From the IMG/VR virus record IMGVR_UViG_3300032294_002710, positions 70,853-134,852 of that record: DNA of 64,000 bases. One strand, written 5' to 3'. The notes beneath the pieces are model-generated. The model worked only from the letters and a program-made list of their open reading frames with translations, ran no database searches and was not told the origin of the DNA. This DNA is from a virus. Both the position numbers and the translations under genes were made by a program. Each line of letters opens with the position of its first letter. The first letter of the stretch is position 1. This document shows, piece by piece, positions 52,167 to 59,266 of this stretch.

Positions 52167-52241
52167 TGCGGGTGGGTGAAACGGAAAATCATTCCAGGCT
52201 CATAACCTGTGAGATACTTGGTTCGACTCCAGGACCCGCTA
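52167..52241 (+). tRNA. tRNA-Met(CAT), initiator-like
   Basis: Cloverleaf; loop ctCATaa; 1:72 mismatch. Confidence 0.8.
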
Positions 52242-52260
52242 CAAAAAAATTAAAAAAATA

Positions 52261-52291
52261 TTTGGAGATTTAAAAAATCTTCGTATATTTG
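52261..52291 (+). promoter_or_regulatory. Bacteroidota-type promoter of the Tyr/Glu tRNA operon
   Basis: TTTG-N19-TATATTTG. Confidence 0.8.
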
Positions 52292-52325
52292 TAAAACAAA
52301 ACAGAACAATTTAAAAATAGAAATC

Positions 52326-52406
52326 ATGGCAACTTTTGAAACATATTATTATGAAGCGTATGAGGAACACTCAGCGACTGGAGATACTATGTCTGTGAAA
52401 AGTTGA
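52326..52406 (+). CDS. Leader peptide 1 (MATFETYYYEAYEEHSATGDTMSVKS), Tyr/Glu attenuator
   Basis: 4 Tyr + 4 Glu in codons 5-14; lies between promoter and terminator. Confidence 0.85.
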   Translation: MATFETYYYEAYEEHSATGDTMSVKS

Positions 52407-52436
52407 TATGTAAGATATTAACTAAAAACACAAGTT

Positions 52437-52470
52437 AACCCAGTCAAAATCAAAATTGACTGGGTTTTTT
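52437..52470 (+). terminator. Attenuator terminator 1
   Basis: aacccagtcaa/ttgactgggtt + T run; 5' arm also complementary to leader gactgg (52376-81). Confidence 0.85.
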
Positions 52471-52484
52471 GTTTTAAAATATAT

Positions 52485-52578
52485 TGGGGTATAACGGTAG
52501 GGCATAGTAAGCGCCCGACAGAGTATATAAAACGCCGTATGGACTACCTGTGAGGAGGTTCGATTCCTTCTACTCCAA
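52485..52578 (+). tRNA. Non-canonical tRNA-Tyr(GTA)-like RNA, D-arm rewired
   Basis: Acceptor tggggta/tactcca, T-arm; degenerate anticodon arm with GTA; acggt pairs with gccgt. Confidence 0.5.
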
Positions 52579-52586
52579 CTAAATAT

Positions 52587-52658
52587 GGTCCCATCATCTA
52601 ATGGTTAGGATACAAGACTTTCAATCTTGAAATGCGGGTTCGATCCCCGTTGGGACTA
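52587..52658 (+). tRNA. tRNA-Glu(TTC)
   Basis: Cloverleaf; caaga-ctTTCaa-tcttg. Confidence 0.92.
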
Positions 52659-52667
52659 CAAAAATAT

Positions 52668-52751
52668 GGGAGAGTAACCGGTAACTGGTAGCCGCGCGGA
52701 CTGTAAATCCGCTCTCATTCGAGACTGGGGGTTCGAGTCCCTCCTCTCCCA
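52668..52751 (+). tRNA. tRNA-Tyr(GTA)
   Basis: gcgga-ctGTAaa-tccgc; long variable arm. Confidence 0.92.
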
Positions 52752-52756
52752 CAAAT

Positions 52757-52830
52757 GCTCTTGTCGTCTAACGGTAGGACTCCTGTTTTTCAAACAGATG
52801 TAGATGCGGGTTCGATTCCCGTCAAGAGTA
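52757..52830 (+). tRNA. tRNA-Glu(TTC)
   Basis: ctgt-ttTTCaa-acag. Confidence 0.85.
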
Positions 52831-52838
52831 CTAAATAT

Positions 52839-52932
52839 GGGATGTGTTGTCACAAGGGGTCTGTAAAACCCCTCTCCGTTAACAAAATTGTGACTGGTTT
52901 GGAGTTTAGAGGTTCGATTCCTTCATATCCCA
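52839..52932 (+). tRNA. Non-canonical tRNA-Tyr(GTA), D-arm rewired
   Basis: ggggt-ctGTAaa-acccc; no D hairpin; gtcacaa pairs with ttgtgac in the variable arm. Confidence 0.75.
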
Positions 52933-52940
52933 CTAAATAT

Positions 52941-53015
52941 GGTCCGTTCGTCTAGCCAGGTCTAGGACATCTCCCTTTCACGGAGAAGACACGGGTTCGA
53001 ATCCCGTACGGACTA
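52941..53015 (+). tRNA. tRNA-Glu(TTC)
   Basis: tctcc-ctTTCac-ggaga. Confidence 0.92.
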
Positions 53016-53021
53016 CAATAT

Positions 53022-53095
53022 GGCCCTGTCGTCTACGATGGCTAGGACATCACCCTCTCAAGGTGAAGAAGGCGGATCGACACCGCTCAGGGCTA
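53022..53095 (+). tRNA. tRNA-Glu(CTC)
   Basis: tcacc-ctCTCaa-ggtga; T-loop ATCGACA variant. Confidence 0.88.
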
Positions 53096-53098
53096 CAA

Positions 53099-53240
53099 AA
53101 ATATCAGGAGTACCTGTCGTAGAAAGTTAATTACTTTCCCTGATATTTATACAACTCAATGATGTAAGTGATTTTGGCAGTACCGACAGGAGGGTGAATT
53201 TAATTAGATTCTTTGGGGTTCGATTCCCACCATTGAGTTA
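53099..53240 (+). ncRNA. Two-module structured RNA (hairpin + tRNA-like unit)
   Basis: aaatatcagg/cctgatattt; aactcaatg/cattgagtt with GTTCGATT T-loop; cross-pairing cctgtcg/cgacagg. Confidence 0.5.
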
Positions 53241-53246
53241 TTTTAT

Positions 53247-53332
53247 TGGAAGGTGGCCGAGTGGTTAATGGCGGCAGACTGTAAATCTGCTCTCTTCGGA
53301 GTACGGGGGTTCGAATCCCTCCCTTCCAACCA
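53247..53332 (+). tRNA. tRNA-Tyr(GTA) with encoded CCA
   Basis: gcaga-ctGTAaa-tctgc; variable arm. Confidence 0.93.
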
Positions 53333-53371
53333 AGAAATTATAAAAAATTTCCTAAAATAAGAAATTTTTTA

Positions 53372-53379
53372 TATATTTG
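53372..53379 (+). promoter_or_regulatory. Bacteroidota-type -7 element
   Basis: TATATTTG. Confidence 0.5.
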
Positions 53380-53439
53380 TAAAGTAAATCAAATGTGGCT
53401 AAGTCCTATATGGCAAAAAGTTCATATTTTGATTTTTAT

Positions 53440-53526
53440 GGGAAAGTACCGAAGTGGTCAAACGGGCCTCAGTCGTAACTGGGGTGGCCTTAGGGTCTTC
53501 AGCGGTTCGAATCCGACTCTTTCCCA
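53440..53526 (+). tRNA. Class II tRNA with irregular anticodon loop (probably Tyr-derived)
   Basis: cctcag-tcgtaa-ctgggg gives a 6- or 8-nt loop; long variable arm; A73. Confidence 0.6.
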
Positions 53527-53593
53527 CTAAAATATTTATTAGGAGAGAAAAACTTTTTAATATATATTTATATAACTTAAAATAAAGATAAAA

Positions 53594-53671
53594 ATGAAAG
53601 CAGTTAATAACATATCAATCATAGGGAACGGCGCGATAGCGGGCGGTGGGCCCATTATGCTGATTGGATAA
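53594..53671 (+). CDS. Leader peptide 2 (MKAVNNISIIGNGAIAGGGPIMLIG), Ile/Gly/Ala attenuator
   Basis: 6 Ile (3 ATA), 6 Gly, 3 Ala in 25 codons; precedes terminator. Confidence 0.85.
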   Translation: MKAVNNISIIGNGAIAGGGPIMLIG

Positions 53672-53697
53672 GTTTTAACTCTTTCATTAAAGATACG

Positions 53698-53728
53698 AAC
53701 CCAGTCAGTAAATTGACTGGGTTTTTTT
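53698..53728 (+). terminator. Attenuator terminator 2
   Basis: aacccagtcag/ttgactgggtt + T run; 5' arm complementary to leader ctgattgg (53660-67). Confidence 0.85.
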
Positions 53729-53733
53729 ATTAT

Positions 53734-53814
53734 CGGCAGGTACCGTTGGATGCTTATATCATCTATACACGTAGCGGGAAGTTGAAAACGTGGGTTCGAA
53801 TCCCACCCTGCCGA
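53734..53814 (+). tRNA. Non-canonical tRNA-Ile(TAT), D-arm rewired
   Basis: cggcagg/cctgccg; ggatg-ctTATat-catct; ccgtt pairs with agcgg. Confidence 0.75.
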
Positions 53815-53816
53815 CA

Positions 53817-53890
53817 AACTCAAACTTGTGTTAACTCCTTGAGAGTGAAGTTGTGTACACAACAGGTTTATTCCCATAAGTCCCTGAGTT
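53817..53890 (+). ncRNA. Structured multibranch element in tRNA operon
   Basis: aactca/tgagtt, acttgtg/cataagt, actc/gagt, gttgt/acaac. Confidence 0.4.
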
Positions 53891-53893
53891 ATT

Positions 53894-53967
53894 GCAGAAG
53901 TGGTGTTTAATGGTTAGCATGTGAGACTTCCACTCTCAAGGTGCCGGTTCGAATCCGGTCTTCTGCT
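53894..53967 (+). tRNA. tRNA-Gly(TCC)
   Basis: tgaga-ctTCCac-tctca; U73. Confidence 0.92.
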
Positions 53968-53974
53968 CAGATAT

Positions 53975-54048
53975 GTCGATGACGCATAAATGGTGGTGCA
54001 CCTGATTGCCAATCAGGAATAGAGCCGGTTCGATCCCGGTTATCGACT
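53975..54048 (+). tRNA. tRNA-Gly(GCC)
   Basis: cctga-ttGCCaa-tcagg; U73. Confidence 0.88.
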
Positions 54049-54063
54049 CAGACTTTTCAATAT

Positions 54064-54101
54064 GCCGGAGGACTCCCTGTTAGTCCCAGGGTCCGGCTCC
54101 A
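54064..54101 (+). ncRNA. Acceptor-stem minihelix ending in UCCA
   Basis: gccgga/tccggc followed by t-cca. Confidence 0.35.
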
Positions 54102-54175
54102 GGGGCAGCATGTACCAAGGCTGGCGAAGATTTCTGGCAGAAATCTTGTGATGGATTCAATTTCCATCTGCTCCA
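54102..54175 (+). tRNA. tRNA-Ala(GGC), atypical D-arm, 7-bp anticodon stem
   Basis: G3:U70; aagattt-ctGGCag-aaatctt. Confidence 0.75.
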
Positions 54176-54184
54176 CAAAAATTA

Positions 54185-54259
54185 GGGGATGCATGTACTG
54201 AGGCTAAGCGAAAAGCACTTGCAATGCTTTTGATGTGATTTCGACTATCACCATCTCCA
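54185..54259 (+). tRNA. tRNA-Ala(TGC), atypical D-arm, 7-bp anticodon stem
   Basis: G3:U70; aaaagca-ctTGCaa-tgctttt. Confidence 0.78.
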
Positions 54260-54378
54260 CGAGTTCGATAGAGAAACTCTCCACTTTATGAATGATTTTG
54301 AAAATGTTTTACAAAGGAAGAAGAGTATTAGAAATCAAAAATATCTTGAAAGTCTTAAATAATTTCATATATTTGTAA

Positions 54379-54654
54379 AAATTAAATCTTATTGCCGCAG
54401 AAACAAATAGTAAATTACCTGGTCAATACTGGGAACAATTAAATAAACACGGATTACCTAACTATCTTTACTTAGGGGATGAATTAGTAATCGTTGACAG
54501 TATTGAGAAAAGAAAGAGAAAAAATGGCGCGAAAGTCGATCAGATATATTATATTCTGAGTGATGGTAGAGTAAAGCACGCATCTTTTTTCAAAAAGATT
54601 GATATAAAAGTAATAAAAAGAGATTATCTATTAAATAGTATCTTAAATGATTAA
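54379..54654 (+). CDS. Open frame without ATG/GTG/TTG start (non-canonical start or damaged gene)
   Basis: 91 sense codons after TATATTTG promoter; ends IKRDYLLNSILND overlapping tilS start. Confidence 0.5.
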   Translation, partial: KLNLIAAETNSKLPGQYWEQLNKHGLPNYLYLGDELVIVDSIEKRKRKNGAKVDQIYYILSDGRVKHASFFKKIDIKVIKRDYLLNSILND

Positions 54655-55234
54655 AGTCTTAGGTAAAATTCCTAAAGGTGAATTTGGACTTGCCTGTTCA
54701 GGTGGGGTTGATTCGATGGCTATTGCTAACTTTTTAGTTAATGGTGGTTACAATCCACATATTCTATACTTTAATCATAATACTGAACACGGAGATCTTG
54801 CCGAGAAGTTTGTAACTGAATATTGTCAGAGACATAATCTAAAACTCACAATTGGTAGAACTGATCTTAAACCTCAATCAAATAAAGAAAAGATTTGGAG
54901 TGATTTGAGATATGAGTTTTTCTCAAAATTTGATTTTCCTGTTATTACTTGCCATCATTTAGATGATTGTGTTGAGACTTACATTTTCTCTTGTCTTAGA
55001 GGATTTCAATCGGTTATTCCTTATTCTAAGGGTAATGTAATTCGCCCATTCCTATTGAATGAAAAATCACAATTTTATAAGTGGTGTGAGAATAAAGGAG
55101 TGCCTTTTATTGAGGATGAATCAAATTCATGTGTAGATTATTCAAGAAATCGTATTCGTCATAATATTGTTCCAGAGTCACTGTTGGTAAATCCTGGATT
55201 GAAAACTGTTGTTAAGAAGATGATTACTCTGTAA
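54647..55234 (+). CDS. tilS: tRNA(Ile)-lysidine synthetase, catalytic domain only
   Basis: PP-loop SGGVDSM, RY, HHLDDCVET, IRPFL, DESN..YSRNRIRH. Confidence 0.9.
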   Translation: MIKVLGKIPKGEFGLACSGGVDSMAIANFLVNGGYNPHILYFNHNTEHGDLAEKFVTEYCQRHNLKLTIGRTDLKPQSNKEKIWSDLRYEFFSKFDFPVITCHHLDDCVETYIFSCLRGFQSVIPYSKGNVIRPFLLNEKSQFYKWCENKGVPFIEDESNSCVDYSRNRIRHNIVPESLLVNPGLKTVVKKMITL

Positions 55235-56267
55235 AGTAGATATAGAACTGTTTACAATTTTCCCTATTTGGTACATAGTCTAATTTGGTTTTAAATCCTT
55301 CAGATTTAAAGTAAGATACAATTTCTTCTATTACTGAATTAACTTCATCTAAGATAATTTTGTGTCTAGAAAACCCAGAATCATTTTTTAATGCTCCTGA
55401 TATCCAAACATAAGGATCATTTTGGGTCCACCAAATATGATGCCTATAAATACTATTGCTATCTTTAAGATCTAGTAATATATCATTAACACTTTTTTCA
55501 ATTTCTCTTCTAATTGGGCTTTCAGGTCGGCACCAGTCATATTTATATTGTGGTTTACTGATACTCTCATTGATTTGATCATCCTTCTCATAGAATTCTA
55601 TAATAATGAAGTCACCTTTAAATCCATAATTCATTATATCTGGTTGGGAAATACTTTTTTGATGTTTTAATTGTGGTTCGATCCATTTTTTGAATTCCTC
55701 AATACTATTTAAAGTAATTTCCTCTTCTTTTGTTACGTTATCACTTGTTAAGAAAATTTTATACTCATAATCCTCCATATATCTCACAATATTTTCCAAA
55801 TATTGAATTAGTGTATCATTTATCCGACCACCTCTATCATTAATCCCTGGAGTGTTCCAATCAAATTCATCTAATGGTTCAAGAATAACTTTACAAGAAT
55901 ATTCATCTTCATTATACTTTTCAGTATTTGTATGAATAGTTATACTCCATTCACCTTCATCTTGTAAATCTAAAGATAAATCTTTTAGATGTTCAGAATC
56001 TTCATCTATATTGAATGATTCATTTAGATTTTCATACCATTCTTGTCCTTTGTAATAATGATTCCAAGGTTTAAAATCAGACTTTTTTAATTCTCTTCCA
56101 ACTCTTTTTTCTAAACAAGAAACACAGATATACTTATTTTGTTTAGATTTAGGTATGTATTTTGACCACCCTTCAAACCAATAGTCTTCTGGAAATTTAC
56201 CACAATCAGCACATTCTGCCCATTTAGGTTTTTTATTAAAATCTTCAAATATTTTTAAGTATTTCAT
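55224..56267 (-). CDS. Modular protein with capsid-targeting-like N-terminus and zinc finger
   Basis: MKYLKIFEDF; CADC..CVSC; internal LNES and INES. Confidence 0.7.
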   Translation of the reverse strand: MKYLKIFEDFNKKPKWAECADCGKFPEDYWFEGWSKYIPKSKQNKYICVSCLEKRVGRELKKSDFKPWNHYYKGQEWYENLNESFNIDEDSEHLKDLSLDLQDEGEWSITIHTNTEKYNEDEYSCKVILEPLDEFDWNTPGINDRGGRINDTLIQYLENIVRYMEDYEYKIFLTSDNVTKEEEITLNSIEEFKKWIEPQLKHQKSISQPDIMNYGFKGDFIIIEFYEKDDQINESISKPQYKYDWCRPESPIRREIEKSVNDILLDLKDSNSIYRHHIWWTQNDPYVWISGALKNDSGFSRHKIILDEVNSVIEEIVSYFKSEGFKTKLDYVPNRENCKQFYIYFTE

Positions 56268-56705
56268 TTATATACTGTATTTTATACCAATTTGCCTTAC
56301 GGTTGTATCTATCCATTTAGGATTTAGCAAATCATCAATACTCATATCAAGGCCTGTATTGAGATTGCTATGTATCCAAATTTTGGATATTTTACCACCT
56401 ATTGACTCTATGTAACTTTTAGAAGATAATAATGTGTTTATTATTTCTGATGGTTTAAATAATGATGGTTTGTAGTTTACCCAATCTTCAATTTCTTCAC
56501 CCGTTTCATCATCAATTTTATATGTAATTAAAGATTTTTTTGAAATACTTACATCGATATAGTTGAAGTGTTTATGATGTATATTCTGTGGAACTACTCT
56601 TACATCAAATTCTTCACTTATTTCAGAGTAAATATCTTTAATATATTCAATCATCTCTTCAATTTCCGAAGGTTCGTATGACTCGAATTTTTTTAAGTAT
56701 TTCAT
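56268..56705 (-). CDS. Hypothetical protein, paralog of 57415
   Basis: MKYLKKFESY; YIKDIYSEISEEF, SSKSYIESIGGKISKIW. Confidence 0.75.
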   Translation of the reverse strand: MKYLKKFESYEPSEIEEMIEYIKDIYSEISEEFDVRVVPQNIHHKHFNYIDVSISKKSLITYKIDDETGEEIEDWVNYKPSLFKPSEIINTLLSSKSYIESIGGKISKIWIHSNLNTGLDMSIDDLLNPKWIDTTVRQIGIKYSI

Positions 56706-57415
56706 AAAGGATCTTGAATTACTTCACCATTTTTATCTAATAGTTTAAACTCTTTTGGTTCAAAATAATTATTAGTATATGTTACTTCTCCCTTATTATT
56801 CTTCAGTCTAATATCACCTCCAAATCCAGTATATTTATCAACCAGACCCTTGTGTTCTTGTCCATCTATTGTGAATTCTGCGAATACTTCACCATTTTTA
56901 ATTCTATCTTTAAATAACTTTTTTCTGTATATTACTTCTGGATCTTTTAGATATTTCAACTTTTGCTCTTGATCCTTTATCTTTTTATCCTGTATAGTTG
57001 TTAATTCGGATAATAGTATTTCATATTTACCAGTCTTTTCATCAAATTGACCAATTGAATAGTGTGTATTATTTTTAACTGGTTCAGTAGTTTGACAATG
57101 AACTTTAGGTCCTCTATTTGTTACAAAGTTCCAATGGTCTGATACACGATATGATTTATCAGGCTTAGATTCCCAAGATATATCATCTGACGAATAAAAC
57201 GATTTAGAGTAAGGTGATTTATATATAATCGGCCATTCCTTCATCATTTCTATAATTGAATCTGGAATTCCAAATTGAGATAGTTCTTCTGGTTGATATA
57301 TTTTACCTGTTGGACTTGGATTGTTTTTATGCCAAAGTTCATTTCTAAGTTGTCTTTTACTTTTAACAACCTCTTCACCGCTTTCAAAATCTTCAAATAG
57401 TTTTAAGAATCTCAT
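56702..57415 (-). CDS. Hypothetical protein (RVSDHW motif)
   Basis: MRFLKLFEDF; KSPYSKSFY, YRVSDHWNF. Confidence 0.7.
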   Translation of the reverse strand: MRFLKLFEDFESGEEVVKSKRQLRNELWHKNNPSPTGKIYQPEELSQFGIPDSIIEMMKEWPIIYKSPYSKSFYSSDDISWESKPDKSYRVSDHWNFVTNRGPKVHCQTTEPVKNNTHYSIGQFDEKTGKYEILLSELTTIQDKKIKDQEQKLKYLKDPEVIYRKKLFKDRIKNGEVFAEFTIDGQEHKGLVDKYTGFGGDIRLKNNKGEVTYTNNYFEPKEFKLLDKNGEVIQDPL

Positions 57416-57873
57416 TATAGTATATATTCTATATTAATTTGTACTAAATCTCCGAGATCTGAATGACGATTTAAAAACTCATCAAAACTTAGAGTTATAC
57501 CATCATTTGGATTTGATATATGTAACCATACTTTGGATATTTCACCATCAACTGATTCGATATAACTTTTTGATGTTAGTATTAATTCCATCACTTCGTC
57601 TATTTTAAAAGTAGCTTGTTTAAATTTTGACCAATCATCTGTACCATCCGACTTTTTAAACTCTGGCGATTCCTTGAATATGTTTATGCCTATTGAAGAG
57701 GATTTCCAATTGTGTGTATTTGTGTTATAAGATTTTATATTAAAATCATCTGATATTTCGGAGAAAATATCTTTTAAGTAATCAGACACTTCCTTAAATT
57801 CTTTATCATTAGTTGATTGATGATGGCTTTTTTTGAAGTCATCAAACATTTCAAATAGTTTTAAATATCTCAT
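57415..57873 (-). CDS. Hypothetical protein, paralog of 56268
   Basis: MRYLKLFEMF; YLKDIFSEISDDF, TSKSYIESVDGEISKVW. Confidence 0.75.
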   Translation of the reverse strand: MRYLKLFEMFDDFKKSHHQSTNDKEFKEVSDYLKDIFSEISDDFNIKSYNTNTHNWKSSSIGINIFKESPEFKKSDGTDDWSKFKQATFKIDEVMELILTSKSYIESVDGEISKVWLHISNPNDGITLSFDEFLNRHSDLGDLVQINIEYIL

Positions 57874-57909
57874 TTTTTATATATTAAAAAATCAATTATA
57901 TTTGTAGTT

Positions 57910-58281
57910 ATGATATATGAGTTCTTTACAGATAAAACAACTGGACCACTTACTAATTTTCTAAGTAGTTTGGCTAACATGCCCACTCTGAAGATGCTAG
58001 ATTACACTCTATTAGAGTATCATACACTTGATGTTAAAGAGTATGGTGTTAAGAGGTTTACTTTTGGATATGAAGGTAATACATTTAAGTTTTACTTATC
58101 AAAAAGTGATACTATTGGTTTATCATTTGAGGATAATACCATGCCACATACTGGTGCATTTCATCATTTTAGACTCTATTATACTGGAAACTCAATTAAT
58201 AATTACAAGGTTAATGACGAGATTAGGCAATATTTGTTATCTTTTGTAAGAGATTATAAATTGAGTCAAATAGTAAAATAA
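57910..58281 (+). CDS. Hypothetical protein
   Basis: TATATTTG at 57897; C-terminal RDYKLSQIV. Confidence 0.65.
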   Translation: MIYEFFTDKTTGPLTNFLSSLANMPTLKMLDYTLLEYHTLDVKEYGVKRFTFGYEGNTFKFYLSKSDTIGLSFEDNTMPHTGAFHHFRLYYTGNSINNYKVNDEIRQYLLSFVRDYKLSQIVK

Positions 58282-58282
58282 A

Positions 58283-58314
58283 TTTGGAAGATTAAACTTT
58301 AATACATATATTTG
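58283..58314 (+). promoter_or_regulatory. Bacteroidota-type sigma-A promoter
   Basis: TTTG-N20-TATATTTG. Confidence 0.7.
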
Positions 58315-58400
58315 TAAAATAATAATAACATATCATTTTTCTTTGATCAAAAGGTGGAGAAAAAATTTTCAAAGAAATTTGAAAAAAAAAGAAAAAAGAT

Positions 58401-59225
58401 ATGAAAAATGAAAAAGATAGCCTCGGCAACCGCATGAAGGCTTACGAAAACCAAACCTGTGGAATCAAAATGCTTCCACTTATCCCTGTAATCGCTCGTC
58501 TTGATGGTAAGGGATTCTCTAAATTTACTAAAGGTCTTAAACGACCTTATGATGAAAGGCTTTCAAATCTTATGATTGAAACCACAAAGTATCTTGTAAA
58601 AGAAACTAATGCTAATTGTGGTTACACTCAAAGTGACGAAATCACTCTTATGTGGTACTCTGATAGTCATGAGTCAAAAATCTACTTTGATGGTAGACTT
58701 TTCAAAATGATTTCAGATCTTGCTTCAATGGGTTCTGTATTCTTCAATTCTAAACTTGCTGAATACATTCCTGAGAAGAAAGATAAAATGCCAAGATTCG
58801 ATTGTCGAGTTTGGAATGTTCCGAATGTAGATGAAGCCGTGAATGTTTTTTACTGGAGAGAAAAAGATGCAACCAAGAACTCTATTACAATGGCTGCTTC
58901 TGAATACTACTCACACAATTTCCTTATGGGTAAGAATGGTTCTGAAAAACAAGAATTACTTTTCCAAAAAGGTGTAAACTGGAATGATTATCCATCTTTC
59001 TTTAAAAGAGGTAGTTACATTCAAAGAAAGCGAGTTGTAAGTAAGTTTAGCAGTGAAGAACTTGAGAGACTTCCACTTAAACACAAGGCAAGACTTAATC
59101 CAGATCTTGAAATCGAAAGATGGGTTATTGATCGTGTAGAACTTCCACCACTCTCAACTATTGAGAATAAAGTTGGTGTGATTGTATATGGTGAAGATGT
59201 GAAAATTAAAAGTCCAGTTTTTTAA
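58401..59225 (+). CDS. Thg1-like tRNA(His) guanylyltransferase / 3'-5' polymerase
   Basis: RMKAYE, RLDGKGFSKFT, YTQSDEI, FDCR, WREKDATKNS. Confidence 0.92.
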   Translation: MKNEKDSLGNRMKAYENQTCGIKMLPLIPVIARLDGKGFSKFTKGLKRPYDERLSNLMIETTKYLVKETNANCGYTQSDEITLMWYSDSHESKIYFDGRLFKMISDLASMGSVFFNSKLAEYIPEKKDKMPRFDCRVWNVPNVDEAVNVFYWREKDATKNSITMAASEYYSHNFLMGKNGSEKQELLFQKGVNWNDYPSFFKRGSYIQRKRVVSKFSSEELERLPLKHKARLNPDLEIERWVIDRVELPPLSTIENKVGVIVYGEDVKIKSPVF

Positions 59226-59237
59226 CTGGACTTTTTT
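59208..59237 (+). terminator. Intrinsic terminator
   Basis: aaaagtccagtt/aactggactttt + T run. Confidence 0.7.
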
Positions 59238-59266
59238 ATATATATTTGTAAAACTAATTTTCAAAA

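Noticed and set aside
52292-52470. T-box riboswitch as the explanation for the tRNA operon leaders
   Set aside because: No T-box TGGNACC antiterminator bulge seen; translated codon-rich ORFs explain the layout better
52656-53910. ORF-track entries 52656, 52755, 53557, 53713
   Set aside because: They overlap tRNA genes and leader 2; open frames arise from GC-rich RNA sequence
147-58249. Shadow ORFs such as 147, 386, 3739, 7599, 9591, 13982, 19597, 25203, 29487, 49290, 51682, 58028
   Set aside because: Antisense or alternate-frame overlaps of well-supported genes, with no motifs
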